63,904 bases of DNA, filler included, from Nemertoderma westbladi (GCA_032718475.1; 3 parts of 3 records of this genome joined end to end with filler, not necessarily neighbours in it), one strand, 5' to 3'. Shown: positions 23,136 through 36,337, counted from the whole stretch's first letter. Translations and numbers: made by a program. Notes: generated by a model from the letters alone, not told the origin.

Positions 23136-26100
23136 CCAGTTTCTGTGTGCGAGGAATCCTGCAACCAGTTTCTGTGTGCGAGGAGTCCAGCAACCAGTTT
23201 CTGTGTGCGAGGAGTTCAGCAACCAGTTTCTGTGTGCGAGGAGTCCAGCAACAAGTTTATGTGTGTGAGGAGTCCAGCAACCAGTTTCTGTGTGCGAGGA
23301 GTCCAGCAACCAGTTTCTGTGTGCGAGGAGTCCAGCAACCAGTTTCTGTGTGCGAGGAGTCCAGCAACAAGTTTATGTGTGCGAGGAGTCCAGCAACCAG
23401 TTTCTGTGTGCGAGGAGTCCAGCAACCAGTTTCTGTGTGCGAGGAGTCCAGCAACCAGTTTCTGTGTGCGAGGAGTCCAGCAACCAGTTTCTGTGTGCGA
23501 GGAGTCCAGCAACCAGTTTCTATGTGCGAGGAGTCCAGCAACCAGTTTCTGTGTGCGAGGAGTCCAGCAACCAGTTTCTGTATGCGAGGAGTCCAGCAAC
23601 AAGAGTTTCTGTGTGCGAGGAGTCCAGCAACCAGTTTCTGTGTGCCAGGAGTCCAGAAACCAGTTTCTGTGTGCGAGGAGTCCAGAAACCAGTTTCTGTG
23701 TGCGAGGAGTCCAGAAACCAGTTTCTGTGTGCGAGGAGTCCAGAAACCAGTTTCTGTATGCGAGGAGTCCAGCAACCAGTTTCTGTGTGCGAGGAGTCCA
23801 GAAACCAGTTTCTGTGTGCGAGGAGTCCAGCAACAAGTTTCTGTGTGCGAGGAGTCCAGCAACCAGTTTCTGTATGCGAGGAGTCCAGCAACCAGTTTCT
23901 GCGTGCGAGGAGTCCAGCAACAAGTTTCTGTGTGCGAGGAGTCCAGCAACAAGTTTCTGTGTGCGAGGAGTCCAGCAACCAGTTTCTGTATGCGAGGAGT
24001 CCAGCAACCAGTTTCTGTGTGCGAGGAGTCCAGCAACCAGTTTCTGTGTGCGAGGAGTCCAGCAACCAGTTTCTGTGTGCGAGGAGTCCAGCAACCAGTT
24101 TCTGTGTGCCAGGAGTCCAGAAACCAGTTTCTGTGTGCGAGGAGTCCAGCAACCAGTTTCTGTGTGCGAGGAGTCCAGCAACAAGTTTCTGTGTGCGAGG
24201 AGTCCAGCAACCAGTTTCTGTGTGCCAGGAGTCCAGCAACCAGTTTCTGTGTGCCAGGAGTCCAGCAACCAGTTTCTGTGTGCCAGGAGTCCAGAAACCA
24301 GTTTCTGTGTGTGAGGAGTCCAGAAACCAGTTTCTGTGTGCGAGGAGTCCAGCAACAAGTTTCTGTATGCGAGGAGTCCAGCAACAAGAGTTTCTGTGTG
24401 CGAGGAGTCCAGCAACCAGTTTCTGTGTGCCAGGAGTCCAGAAACCAGTTTCTGTGTGCGAGGAGTCCAGAAACCAGTTTCTGTGTGTGTGGAGTCCAGC
24501 AACCAGTTTCTGTGTGCGAGGAGTCCAGCAACCAGTTTCTGTGTGCGAGGAGTCCAGCAACAAGTTTCTATGTGCGAGGAGTCCAGAAACCAGTTTCTGT
24601 GTGCGAGGAGTCCAGCAACCAGTTTCTGTGTGCGAGGAGTCCAGCAACCAGTTTCTGCGTGCGAGGAGTCCAGAAACCAGTTTCTGTGTGCGAGGAGTCC
24701 AGCAACAAGTTTATGTGTGTGAGAATGGTCCAGCAACCAGTTTCTGTGTGCGAGGAGTCCAGCAACCAGTTTCTGTGTGCGAGGAGTCCAGAAACCAGTT
24801 TCTGTGTGCGAGGAGTCCAGCAACCAGTTTCTGTGTGCCAGGAGTCCAGAAACCAGTTTCTGTGTGCGAGGAGTCCAGCAACCAGTTTCTGTGTGCGAGG
24901 AGTCCAGCAACCAGTTTCTGTGTGCCAGGAGTCCAGAAACCAGTTTCTGTGTGCGAGGAGTCCAGAAACCAGTTTCTGTATGCGAGGAGTCCAGCAACCA
25001 GTTTCTGTGTGCGAGGAGTCCAGCAACAAGTTTCTGTGTGCGAGGAGTCCAGAAACCAGTTTCTGTATGCGAGGAGTCCAGCAACCAGTTTCTGTGTGCC
25101 AGGAGTCCAGAAACCAGTTTCTGTGTGTGAGGAGTCCAGAAACCAGTTTCTGTGTGCGAGGAGTCCAGAAACCAGTTTCTGTGTGTGAGGAGTCCAGAAA
25201 CCAGTTTCTGTGTGCGAGGAGTCCAGAAACCAGTTTCTGTGTGCGAGGAGTCCAGCAACCAGTTTCTGTGTGCGAGGAGTCCAGCAACCAGTTTCTGTGT
25301 GCCAGGAGTCCAGAAACCAGTTTCTGTGTGCGAGGAGTCCAGCAACCAGTTTCTGTGTGCGAGGAGTCCAGCAACAAGTTTCTGTGTGCGAGGAGTCCAG
25401 CAACCAGTTTCTGTGTGCCAGGAGTCCAGCAACCAGTTTCTGTGTGCCAGGAGTCCAGAAACCAGTTTCTGTGTGTGAGGAGTCCAGAAACCAGTTTCTG
25501 TGTGCGAGGAGTCCAGCAACAAGTTTCTGTATGCGAGGAGTCCAGCAACAAGTTTCTGAGTGCGAGGAGTCCAGCAACCAGTTTCTGTGTGCGAGGAGTC
25601 CAGAAACCAGTTTCTGTGTGCGAGGAGTCCAGCAACAAGAGTTTCTGTGTGCGAGGAGTCCAGCAACCAGTTTCTGTGTGCGAGGAGTCCAGCAACAAGT
25701 TTCTGTGTGCGAGGAGTCCAGCAACAAGAGTTTCTGTATGCGAGGAGTCCAGCAACCAGTTTCTGTGTGCGAGGAGTCCAGCAACAAGTTTCTGTGTGCG
25801 AGGAGTCCAGCAACAAGAGTTTCTGTATGCGAGGAGTCCAGCAACCAGTTTCTGTGTGCGAGGAGTCCAGCAACAAGTTTCTGTGTGCGAGGAGTCCAGC
25901 AACAAGAGTTTCTGTATGCGAGGAGTCCAGCAACAAGAGTTTCTGTGTGCGAGGAGTCCAGCAACCAGTTTCTGTGTGCGAGGAGTCCAGCAACCAGTTT
26001 CTGTGTGCGAGGAGTCCAGCAACAAGAGTTTCTGTGTGCGAGGAGTCCAGCAACCAGTTTCTGAGTGCGAGGAGTCCAGAAACCAGTTTCTGTGTGCGAG

Positions 26101-28184
26101 GAGTCCAGAAACCAGTTTCTGTATGCGAGGAGTCCAGCAACCAGTTTCTGTGTGCGAGGAGTCCAGCAACAAGTTTCTGTGTGCGAGGAGTCCAGCAACA
26201 AGAGTTTCTGTATGCGAGGAGTCCAGCAACCAGTTTCTGTGTGCGAGGAGTCCAGCAACAAGTTTCTGTGTGCGAGGAGTCCAGCAACAAGAGTTTCTGT
26301 ATGCGAGGAGTCCAGCAACAAGAGTTTCTGTGTGCGAGGAGTCCAGCAACCAGTTTCTGTGTGCGAGGAGTCCAGCAACAAGTTTCTGTGTGCGAGGAGT
26401 CCAGCAACAAGAGTTTCTGTATGCGAGGAGTCCAGCAACCAGTTTCTGTGTGCGAGGAGTCCAGCAACAAGTTTCTGTGTGCGAGGAGTCCAGCAACCAG
26501 TTTCTGTGTGCGAGGAGTCCAGCAACAAGAGTTTCTGTATGCGAGGAGTCCAGCAACAAGAGTTTCTGTGTGCGAGGAGTCCAGCAACCAGTTTCTGTGT
26601 GCGAGGAGTCCAGCAACCAGTTTCTGTGTGCGAGGAGTCCAGCAACAAGAGTTTCTGTATGCGAGGAGTCCAGCAACAAGAGTTTCTGTGTGCGAGGAGT
26701 CCAGCAACCAGTTTCTGTGTGCGAGGAGTCCAGCAACCAGTTTCTGTGTGCGAGGAGTCCAGCAACAAGAGTTTCTGTGTGCGAGGAGTCCAGCAACCAG
26801 TTTCTGAGTGCGAGGAGTCCAGAAACCAGTTTCTGTGTGCGAGGAGTCCAGAAACCAGTTTCTGTGTGTGTGGAGTCCAGCAACCAGTTTCTGTGTGCGA
26901 GGAGTCCAGCAACCAGTTTCTATGTGCGAGGAGTCCAGCAACAAGTTTCTATGTGCGAGGAGTCCAGAAACCAGTTTCTGTGTGCCAGGAGTCCAGCAAC
27001 AAGTTTCTATGTGCGAGGAGTCCAGCAACAAGAGTTTCTGTATGCGAGGAGTCCAGCAACAAGAGTTTCTGTGTGCGAGGAGTCCAGCAACCAGTTTCTG
27101 TGTGCGAGGAGTCCAGCAACAAGTTTCTGTATGCGAGGAGTCCAGCAACCAGTTTCTGTGTGCGAGGAGTCCAGCAACAAGAGTTTCTGTGTGCGAGGAG
27201 TCCAGCAACCAGTTTCTGAGTGCGAGGAGTCCAGAAACCAGTTTCTGTGTGCGAGGAGTCCAGAAACCAGTTTCTGTGTGTGTGGAGTCCAGCAACCAGT
27301 TTCTGTGTGCGAGGAGTCCAGCAACCAGTTTCTATGTGCGAGGAGTCCAGCAACAAGTTTCTATGTGCGAGGAGTCCAGAAACCAGTTTCTGTGTGCCAG
27401 GAGTCCAGCAACAAGTTTCTATGTGCGAGGAGTCCAGCAACCAGTTTATGTGTGCGAGGAGTCCAGAAACCAGTTTCTGTGTGCGAGGAGTCCAGCAACA
27501 AGTTTCTATGTGCGAGGAGTCCAGCAACCAGTTTATGTGTGCGAGGAGTCCAGAAACCAGTTTCTGTGTGCGAGGAGTCCAGCAACCAGTTTCTGAGTGC
27601 GAGGAGTCCAGCAACCAGTTTCTGTGTGCGAGGAGTCCAGCAACCAGTTTCTGTGTGTGTGGAGTCCAGCAACCAGTTTCTGTGTGCGAGGAGTCCAGCA
27701 ACCAGTTTCTATGTGCGAGGAGTCCAGCAACAAGTTTCTATGTGCGAGGAGTCCAGAAACCAGTTTCTATGTGCGAGGAGTCCAGCAACCAGTTTCTGTG
27801 TGCGAGGAGTCCAGCAACCAGTTTCTGTGTGCGAGGAGTCCAGTAACCAGTTTCTGTGTGCGAGGAGTCCAGCAACCAGTTTCTGTGTGCGAGGAGTCCA
27901 GCAACCAGTTTCTGAGTGCGAGGAGTCCAGCAACAAGTTTCTGTGTGTGAGGATTCCAGCAACCAGTTTCTGAGTGCGAGGAGTCCAGCAACCAGTTTCT
28001 GTATGCGAGGAGTCCAGCAACCAGTTTCTGCGTGCGAGGAGTCCAGCAACCAGTTTCTGTGTGCGAGGAGTCCAGCAACAAGTTTCTGTGTGCGAGGAGT
28101 CCAGCAACCAGTTTCTGTGTGCGAGGAGTCCAGCAACCAGTTTCTGTATGCGAGGAGTCCAGCAACCAGTTTCTGTGTGCGAGG
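23136..28184. repeat. 29-bp satellite (CCAGTTTCTGTGTGCGAGGAGTCCAGCAA)n, about 170 units, with 31-bp variants
   Basis: Units are head-to-tail with no unique spacers. The 31-bp variant (CAAGAGTTTC) is concentrated at about 25600-27200. Confidence 0.98.
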
Positions 28185-28822
28185 CAGGCAATCATCCCAG
28201 GCACGGAGATCGATCAACTTGCTTGCTGGTCGAAAAAGCCAACCAACCACCAAGGTTAAGGCTGAATCACCAGCCGATCGCCTCAATGGTTGGAAGGCCC
28301 ACTTTGAAAAGCTCCTCAATAATGACAGGGTATTACCTGATAACTTTATAGAAGTAAAAGTGTCCGAGTCTGTACTCCCAGATATTCCCATTGGTGATAT
28401 CTCCTTTGCAGAAGTGAAGGCTGCTGCAAAGAGCATTAAGACCAATCGTGCCAGTGGAGTAGATGGTGTTCCCCCTGAGGTCTTTAAAATACCTGAGTGT
28501 TTAAAGCTCATCTATCCCATCATAGTAGACATGTACCGAACAACAAGAGTCCCACAAGAAATGAAAACAAATAAGTTGGTGCCAGTTCCCAAGAAGGGCA
28601 ACCTAACACTCTATGGTTCTTTTCGGGGAATCTCATTGATCTCGATTGCTGCAAAGCTATACAATAGAATTCTATTAAATCGCATCAGGGATCCTATTGA
28701 GAGACTGCTCCGTGGAAATCAGAATGGGTTCCGTAAAGGTCGTGGGACCATGGAGCCCATTTTGGCACTTAGAAGGATAATTGAAGAGTTGTCAAAAAAG
28801 AAATACAGGCATCTGGTTGTTG
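28185..28822 (+). mobile_element. Internal fragment of the same RTE-like LINE as 18230-20253
   Basis: It is nearly identical to about 18437-19073 and reads GAA where the first copy has the TAA stop. It is truncated at both ends. Confidence 0.92.
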
Positions 28823-29984
28823 TCACCCTTTACTCCCAGTTATCATCTAGTTATCCCCCATGGTAAAATAACTATTAGTTCTATGGGTAACCTGGCAACC
28901 CAGTTGGGCAACACCCCATGGGAAGATAACTATTAGTTCTATAGGTAACATGGCAACCATTATTACATCAGGACGCAGTTTCCAGAAACTCTTCTGTAGG
29001 TACAGTACCGGTATCAGCAATGTTAGTGCTAGTTTCAGTTTGCGTACCAGTATACCGGTACTGTCAGACGAGCAGACAGTAGGCACCAACCTTTTTCGTT
29101 AACACAGGTTGTATAAAAACTTATAAAAGTTATCCAAACATTCTCAAAAGTATTGCAGTCATCCAATTGGTTGTTACAGTTACAGTATTGTTCTGATGTT
29201 CACTATAATCGGTTTGCATACCCATCAGTTTTGCTCACTAATATGCTACTACAGAAAAGGCCGGGTTTGGCAACTTTTAGAGCAACCCAGGTGTTGCCGC
29301 TCAAGTTATTGCTCCGTGTAAACAAACACGAAGTTGCTGTAAAAAAAAAAGTCGCCGTAAAAATTGCTTAAATTTGACGGCAACTTAAAGAAACAATTTG
29401 AGTGGACGGATTAAGGGGGGGTTACCCCCTCCTTTTGTAAAATTTTCACATTTTTGGTTTTCTATTTCATCTGATGCATAATTTAATGGGGAGTTCAAAT
29501 CTTGAAACAGTTTGGCGAGATCTTTTTTAGTTGTCGAGTTATCGTTGTCTTTCCGTCTATCAGTTTGTCCGTCAAAATTTAGAAGACAGACAGACAGACA
29601 TGCTGTCAGACAGACATATTAGATGCCACCAAACATTAAAACTGACATCAGAAATGAAATCACTGACCCCGAAAACCCCCATATTGATAATTTTAGTGAG
29701 TTGGTATGAAGCCATAAAAATTTTTTTTTTAATATTATTGAAAATTTTAATTAATTTTATTAATTTTAATTAATAAATTTAAATAATTTATTTAAAAATT
29801 AATAATTTAAAAAATCGGTATAATTTTTGTAGAAAAGATGGTGCTGAGTCCAAAACAGTTGGTTTCAAAAAAACTCGATAAATATTAAGGGACTAGTAGT
29901 GTTTTTAGTGAAATATTTAATTCCGCCACTCGCCGCTAGAGGGACACAAAAAAATTTAAAATTTCAATTTTTGTTGCTCTTTGG

Positions 29985-30084
29985 NNNNNNNNNNNNNNNN
30001 NNNNNNNNNNNNNNNNNNNNNNNNNNNNTTAATTAATTAANNNNNNNNNNNNNNNNNNNNNNNNNNNNNNNNNNNNNNNNNNNN
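29985..30084. other. Assembly spacer N44-TTAATTAATTAA-N44 (artificial contig join)
   Basis: The block is exactly 100 bp with a six-frame stop linker in the centre. An identical block lies at 50836-50935. Confidence 0.97.
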
Positions 30085-30373
30085 TGGGGGGGGGGGGGGG
30101 GGGGGGGCGAATCGACCTCCCGCCAGTGCTGCTAATGGTCTAAACACCCCAGTGGTAATAGGGTTAAACTGTGAAATATTTGAAATAAATATAAAACCTT
30201 TAAAAATAACTTTACATCACATTGTGTAAATAAAGTACAACTTTTTATGATTACAGTAGAAGAAAAGGCGGTTTTGCTAGCCGAGCGAAACAAGGTAAGT
30301 GAAGGCAAATTTATTTACGCCTGTTTACTGGATACAAAGCGAATAAAGTAAATATTATATACTTTGGCGACTT

Positions 30374-31173
30374 TCAGTATTCCGGTTCAGTCCTGGACGT
30401 GCGAGTCAACAATGCAGCGCCATCTACCGGCCCTTTACTCAACATAATAACCTTGGGTTGTGACGTCATGGGATCCCCGTGAAGCAGGTTGCCCTGGTTA
30501 CTACCACCGACGGAGGGAGTGGGGGTCCCGGGTTTGGAGGACACGATTAGGTACTTGTGCTGCGCGAGGGAGGCGGGCGGAGTGGCTGGCCGGACACTCA
30601 CGGACAGTTTGGTCTGCTGGAGGTGCAGCTGGTGTTGGGCCTCCTTGACGCGCAGCTGTTTGACCTGCACGGCGAGGATGGGGCCGAGATGGGGGCCGAA
30701 GGAGCGGCCGAACTCGGCCCGGTCGTCGGTCGTGGGGCGGGACGCCTTCAGGGACAGGGCCGCGTACTTAATGACGGCGGAGCGGAGGTGGTCCGCGTCG
30801 ATCCGGTCGATCTGATCGGCGGCCGGGTCCTCCATGGCCGCGTGGATCGCCTCCCCGAGGAGGAGAACGCGAGGGAGTAGGAAGGTCTTAACGACCTCGA
30901 CCCCCAACTCCCCGAGGGCGACCACGGCCCCGTAGTGGGTGGCCGTGGTCGCGTCGCTGTCGCACAGGATACCGTGCAACTGACGCACCACGCGGCCCTG
31001 CAGCGAGTTGGTGGTCGTGGAGAAGTTGCGACACATCTGGGCGACGAGTCGCGACGCGAAGTCCCGGAGCGCCCAGTGGTTGTCGGTCTCCGGACGCAGA
31101 CACAGTCGACGTCCGACAACGCAGCTGAGAGCCGCCGGGATCAGTTCGTGGAGATATTTCTCTACATATAAAC
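30374..31173 (-). CDS. TAF6: TFIID subunit 6, coding exon 3 (HEAT-repeat region and C-terminus)
   Basis: Acceptor ttttccccgcAG, phase 1. Translation LYVEKYLHELIPAALSCVVGRRLCLRPETDNHWALRDFASRLVAQMCRNFSTTTNSLQGR...THYGAVVALGELG matches TAF6. The stop is at 30374-30376. Confidence 0.93.
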
Positions 31174-31261
31174 CTGCGGGGAAAAATAAAGTAGAAATTA
31201 ATCAAATAATCCCGAGTGGTACAAAAGATTAGCCGATCCCAAGGCCCTACGGTTTACCCAC

Positions 31262-31418
31262 CTGTGTTGTCGAGGAGAGCTTTCATCATACGTTGCAGGT
31301 AGATTAGTAAGGCGAGGTTGTGTTGGACTGCGTTGACGCGAACTCCGTTGGCGATAAAATCGACGAGTCTGGGAACCAGTTGGAATAAACCGGGATCCAC
31401 AGACAGAGATTGGAGCGC
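31262..31418 (-). CDS. TAF6: TFIID subunit 6, coding exon 2 (absent from the ORF track)
   Basis: Acceptor tctctAG and donor G|GTGGGT. The exon is 157 nt, phase 0 to 1. It translates as [52 protein letters not shown], exactly the TAF6 segment missing between exons 1 and 3. Confidence 0.93.
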
Positions 31419-33001
31419 CTAGAGATAGATAGAGTAGTATTAGTGTGATAGATAGTAAGTAGTGTAAATACAGTAGATTCCAAACAAATACCAACTAAAA
31501 CAACCGAAACAAAAATCAACATCAAAGTTACTAAGATAAACTACACCGGTACCGGTACACACAGACACATACCGGCAGCGTATTCCCAATCATTACACTA
31601 GTACGAACACATCTTGAATTGACGCTTGGGATTGGTTAATGGGCTATATTTTCATTGGACGTTGAAATCATGTAAGGAATGGAGAGAGGGGGTCGAACTA
31701 GTGTAAGGGTTTTTATACTTAGTTAGCAGGTAGAAAGTGTTCCAAACGCTGTAAGGAATGGAGAAATTGGGTGAAATCATGTAAGGAATATCTGCCTATT
31801 AAACGGTTCATTGTCAGGTAACAGTAAAAATATATACGAATAACAATATACAGTACATATATCTGTATATTCAGTGATAACGTTGTATAAGGAATCGTTT
31901 TACAGAGCATTCTCCATGATTTTTCTGATGGAAAAGATTGTAGTAATAGAGTAGCTAGTTTTATTGATAGTAATTACTATTGAAATTTATTCATTTGATG
32001 TTCATATTTAAAAGCATTTCACAATTTGTAAACATAAATATTCCAATGAAATAAACTCTTAATTTTCAAATGATGTTTAGTATTTGTTCGATTTGCATGT
32101 ATGTTCATCGACAGGTTTCTACGGCGCTTTTTAGCGCGTTGAGACATATCAAGTACCATCAGGTCGGCCAGCAGGCATCTGTTTACTTCCTGTTGTAAGA
32201 GCTACTCGTCGGCGCGCTAGTGCAGTTGGCTGCACACGAATAGCAAATAGACTATTCCTATGCAAACTTACAGTCTAACAGTTGAACTCTGTGAAAAAAG
32301 GAATGTATCCCTAGACCCTAGTAGTCAATTTTCCAATTATTTCAGCACTAGCAAACCAGGCGCGCTTGCGCTCAACTGCATATGTACACTACTGTATAAC
32401 TAAAAAGTCATTCAGGAGGCCAGATTTCCCAGGAACTTACTGTAATAGACATTCAATTTCATTGAATCCAGGGAAAGAGTTGGTGTTGTATTCTGTGAAA
32501 GGAGCTACCAGCTGGGTAAAATGTTATTTGCGAGAGAGATCCCACTCTATAACTTGGCAATCACTGAAATCCATTCAGCTGAATGCAACAGTAGAGAATT
32601 GATTCTGGGTTACAACTAATAAGCAATCAATGACAAATTCTCGTTGATTTGCACACCAACGTGTAATAATTGGCTGAAGTGTGTTCGAGAGCAATGGATA
32701 TTGAGCTCAACATGTTAAGATCTTACATATTCTTAATTATCTCGAGAATTAATTAATTAATTAACGTGTAACTTTCCTATTCCATGACCGATACACATAT
32801 ATACCACTACTAAAGTCTCGCAACGATTCACCAGAGCGTTAGGGCGGAGATAGAGCTATGACAAACATACAACATTGACAATCTATTTGTATTATAGATA
32901 CTAGAGCAACCCTGTATAAACCATAACAACAATGCTATTGCTATTATAGGCCTACTGACTAACTAATGTCACCTGCTGCTGCTTGCATACTCTTCTTCTA
33001 A

Positions 33002-35980
33002 TCCACGAAGCTAAGGAAAATCAACTACTTTCGCTAAGAAAGATTTTCCTTAGCTGAGATGGTCTATTCATAGTGGGCTATTTTACTTGTGTGAGGCAGA
33101 TTTGGTTTTTTTTGATAGGCGAAAAAACTAGCCTTTAAAAGTACCCTGAAATTTTGCATGTATGTACTACTCGTCGAGGCGCATCGTGTGGGATGGGTCT
33201 CATATCCAGGAAAAATCTGGTTTCCATGGCAACGGACTTAGAAGAAAGTCTATGTATTTCAAGTCAATATTTATAACTCTATTTGTAGGAAAACTATAAT
33301 AGATATAAACTTGGGGTTTCTCAACTCAACTATAAGGTCCATAGCAGAGCCAATTGAGGTTAAATAGAAAATCTAGTTACCTTGGCAACCGGGCTAAACA
33401 GATGTTAAAATTTATAAAATGTTAATTTGAAGCCTAAGGTTAAGGTGTTATGACTTGGGACCAACCCCTACCCCCACTATATAACTTATACTGCGTCCGA
33501 ATTCGATTGTTATATTTTGAAGTTACCATGACAACCGCTGAAAACAGATGTTTTTATACAAAAATTACTCATTTGAACATAGACTTCGCGATTAGATTTT
33601 ACGAAACTGGGAATGTGTTATCTGTACCACTATTTGGAACTTTTAGTGAAACAAAAAAACATTCCAGAAATACCTAGTTACCATGGTAACTGTAGTTTAT
33701 TAAAGTCTATATCATTCAAGTCTAAATTCAATACTCTATTTGTAGCAAAATAATGTAATATATATAAATTTGGTGTTTTGCAACACATTTATAAGGTCCA
33801 TATACAAGCCGTTCGAGGTTAATTACACAATCCAGTTACCATAGCAACAAGACTAAACAGATGGTAAAATTTATAAAATGATAATTTGAAGCACAAGTTA
33901 ATAGTATTATGACTTGGGACCAAGACCTACCCCCATTATATGACTTATTCTGCATCTAAATTACATTGTTCTATTTTTCAGTTACCATGACAACCGCTGA
34001 AAACAGATGCATTTTGATAGAAAATCGGTCCACGAAGCTAAGGAAAATCAACTACTTTCGCTAAGAAAGATTTTCCTTAGCTGAGATGGTCTATTCATAG
34101 TGGGCTATTTTACTTGTGTGAGGCAGATTTGGGGTTTTTTGATAGGCGAAAAAACTAGCCTTTAAAAGTACCCTGAAATTTTGCATGTATATACTACTCG
34201 ACGAGGCGCATCTTTTGGGCCGGGTCTCATATCCAGGAAAAATCTGGTTTCCATGGCAACGGACTTCAAAAAAAGTCTATGTATTTCAAGTCAATATTTA
34301 TAACTCTATTTGTAGGAAAACTATAATAGATATAAACTTGGGGTTTCGCAACACAACTATAAGGTCCATAGCAGATCCGATTGAGGCTAAATAGAAAATC
34401 CAGTTACCTTGGCAACCGGGATAAACAGATGTTAAAATTTATAAAATGTTAATTTGAAGCCTAAGGGCAAGGTGTTATGACTTGGGACCAACCCCTACCC
34501 CCACTATATAACTTATTCTGCATCCGAATTACATTGTTCTATTTTTCAGTTACCATGACAACCGCTGAAAACATATGTTTTTATTCAAAACTTATTCATT
34601 TGGACATAGACTTCACGATAAAATTTTACAAAACTGGGAATGTGTTATCTGGACCACTAGTTGGAACTTTTAGTGAAACTTAAATTATTCCAGAAATTTA
34701 GTTACCATGGTAACTGTAGTTTATTAAACTCTATATCATTCAAATCTATATTGATAACTCTATTTGTAGCAAAACTGTAATATATATAAACTTGGGGTTT
34801 TGCAACTCATCTATAAGATCCATATCCAAGCCGTTTGAGGTTAATTAGAAAATACAGTTACCATAGCAACAAGTCTAAACAGATGTTAAAATTTATAAAA
34901 TGATAATTTGAAGCACAAGTTAATAGTATTATGACTTGGGACCAAGACCTACCCCCACTATATAACTTATTCTGCGTCCGAATTTGGTTGTTCTATTTTG
35001 CAGTTACCATGACAACCGCTGAAAACAGATGTTTTTATACAACAATTATTCATTTGGAGATAGACTTCACGATAAAATTTTACAAAACTGGGTATGTGTT
35101 ATCTGGACCACTATTTGGAACTTTTAGTGAAACTCAAAACATTGCAAAAATATCTAGTTACCATGGTAACTGGAGCTTATTAAAGTCAATATCATTCAAG
35201 TCTATATTTTTAACTCTTGTTTGTAGGAAAACTGTATTAGATATAAATATTGGGTTTCCCAACTCAACTATAAGGAAGGTCCTTAGAGGAGCCAATTGTG
35301 GTTAATTAGAAAATCCAGTTACCTTGGTAACCATGCGAAACAGATGTTATAATTTAAAAAATTATAATTAGAAACACAAGTTAAAGGCATTATAACTTGG
35401 GACCAACCCCTACCAGCATAATATCACTTATTCTGCATCCAATCTACGTTGTTCTATTTGCCAGTTACCTTGACAACCACTGCAAACAGACTTTTTAACA
35501 AATTAATAATTAATTTTGCACATAAACTACTCAATGAAGCTTCCTTGAAGTCGATGTGTCACCTGGAACCACAAACTAGATCTTAATGTAAAACTCAGCA
35601 TTTCTAGAAAAGTCCAGTTACCTTGGCAATACCGGGAGTTCTTTTAACTCGGTAAATCAATGAACTGATGAGTCAAAGAGTGTTTAATTTTCCTTAGCTT
35701 CGTGGTTGCATTTCCTTTAGGAAATGCCTTTCTAGTAATTTGGACATAAACTACAATATTTTCTGAAACTCGGGATATGTGTTATCTGAACCACAATCTG
35801 GACTAAATCTTTTTTCAAACATTAAATCAACAGTTCCAGAAAACTTTATTTTCCATGGGAATAGAAGAGAATTATTGGCAAATGCTACTAAACTAGGCTA
35901 AGCAACGAACCAAATTGTAGCCGTTTGTTTAATTTTCCTTAGCTTCGTGGTTGCATTTCCTTTAGGAAATGCCTTTCTAG
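33002..35980 (+). mobile_element. Non-autonomous Helitron/HINE-like element, copy A (interrupted by copy B)
   Basis: It starts A|TCCACGAAGCTAAGGAAAAT and ends ATTTTCCTTAGCTTCGTGG-TT-GCATTTCCTTTAGGAAATGC (hairpin)-CTTTCTAG|T. There is no TSD. Confidence 0.85.
34029..35735 (+). mobile_element. Helitron/HINE-like element, copy B, nested in copy A
   Basis: It has the same termini and splits AAAATCGG^TAATTTGGACATAAAC, which is contiguous in copies C-F. No bases were duplicated or lost. Confidence 0.88.
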
Positions 35981-36337
35981 TACTGTTGGTATAATAACCC
36001 TTACATGATCTACAGTAAGCATCTACAGTAAGTTAAGCAAAACCCTTACACTAGTTCGACCCCTATCTCCATTCCTTACATGATTTCAACGTCCAATGAA
36101 AATATAGCTCATTAACCAATCCCAATCACCAATTCATGATGTGTTCCTACTGGTGTAAGGATTGGGAATACGCATACCGGCACCGACAATATTCAATTAT
36201 AACCTTAAAATGGGAGTATAGACTCTTTATAGTAAGGTCAGGCAAATAAGAGGTACCGGTACAATTCAAAGCAAACTCAACGTACAAAGCATAAAGTATT
36301 TACTTTCAGTTTTGGGTTTCGTTTGGAAGCGGTACAG

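Larger units (their letters stand above)
31578..36173. mobile_element. Non-autonomous Mutator-like (MULE) DNA transposon with ~135-bp TIRs and a 9-bp TSD, carrying nested Helitron-like insertions
   Basis: GCGTATTCCCAATC...CGAACTAGTGTAAGGGTTTT (31578-31713) is inverted at about 36039-36173. ATACCGGCA is duplicated at 31569-31577 and 36174-36182. Long TIRs with a 9-bp TSD are typical of MULEs. No transposase ORF is present. Confidence 0.85.

Noticed and set aside
23136-28184. CRISPR-like array of 29-bp repeats
   Set aside because: The units are head-to-tail with no unique spacers, there are no cas genes and the context is eukaryotic. It is a satellite.
23070-28204. Very long ORFs (up to 1623 aa) on both strands
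   Set aside because: The 29-bp consensus lacks stop codons in all six frames, so long overlapping ORFs are expected without any coding function.
30029-30040. TTAATTAATTAA palindrome inside N runs (also 50880-50891)
   Set aside because: It is an artificial six-frame-stop linker in a fixed 100-bp spacer, not biological sequence.
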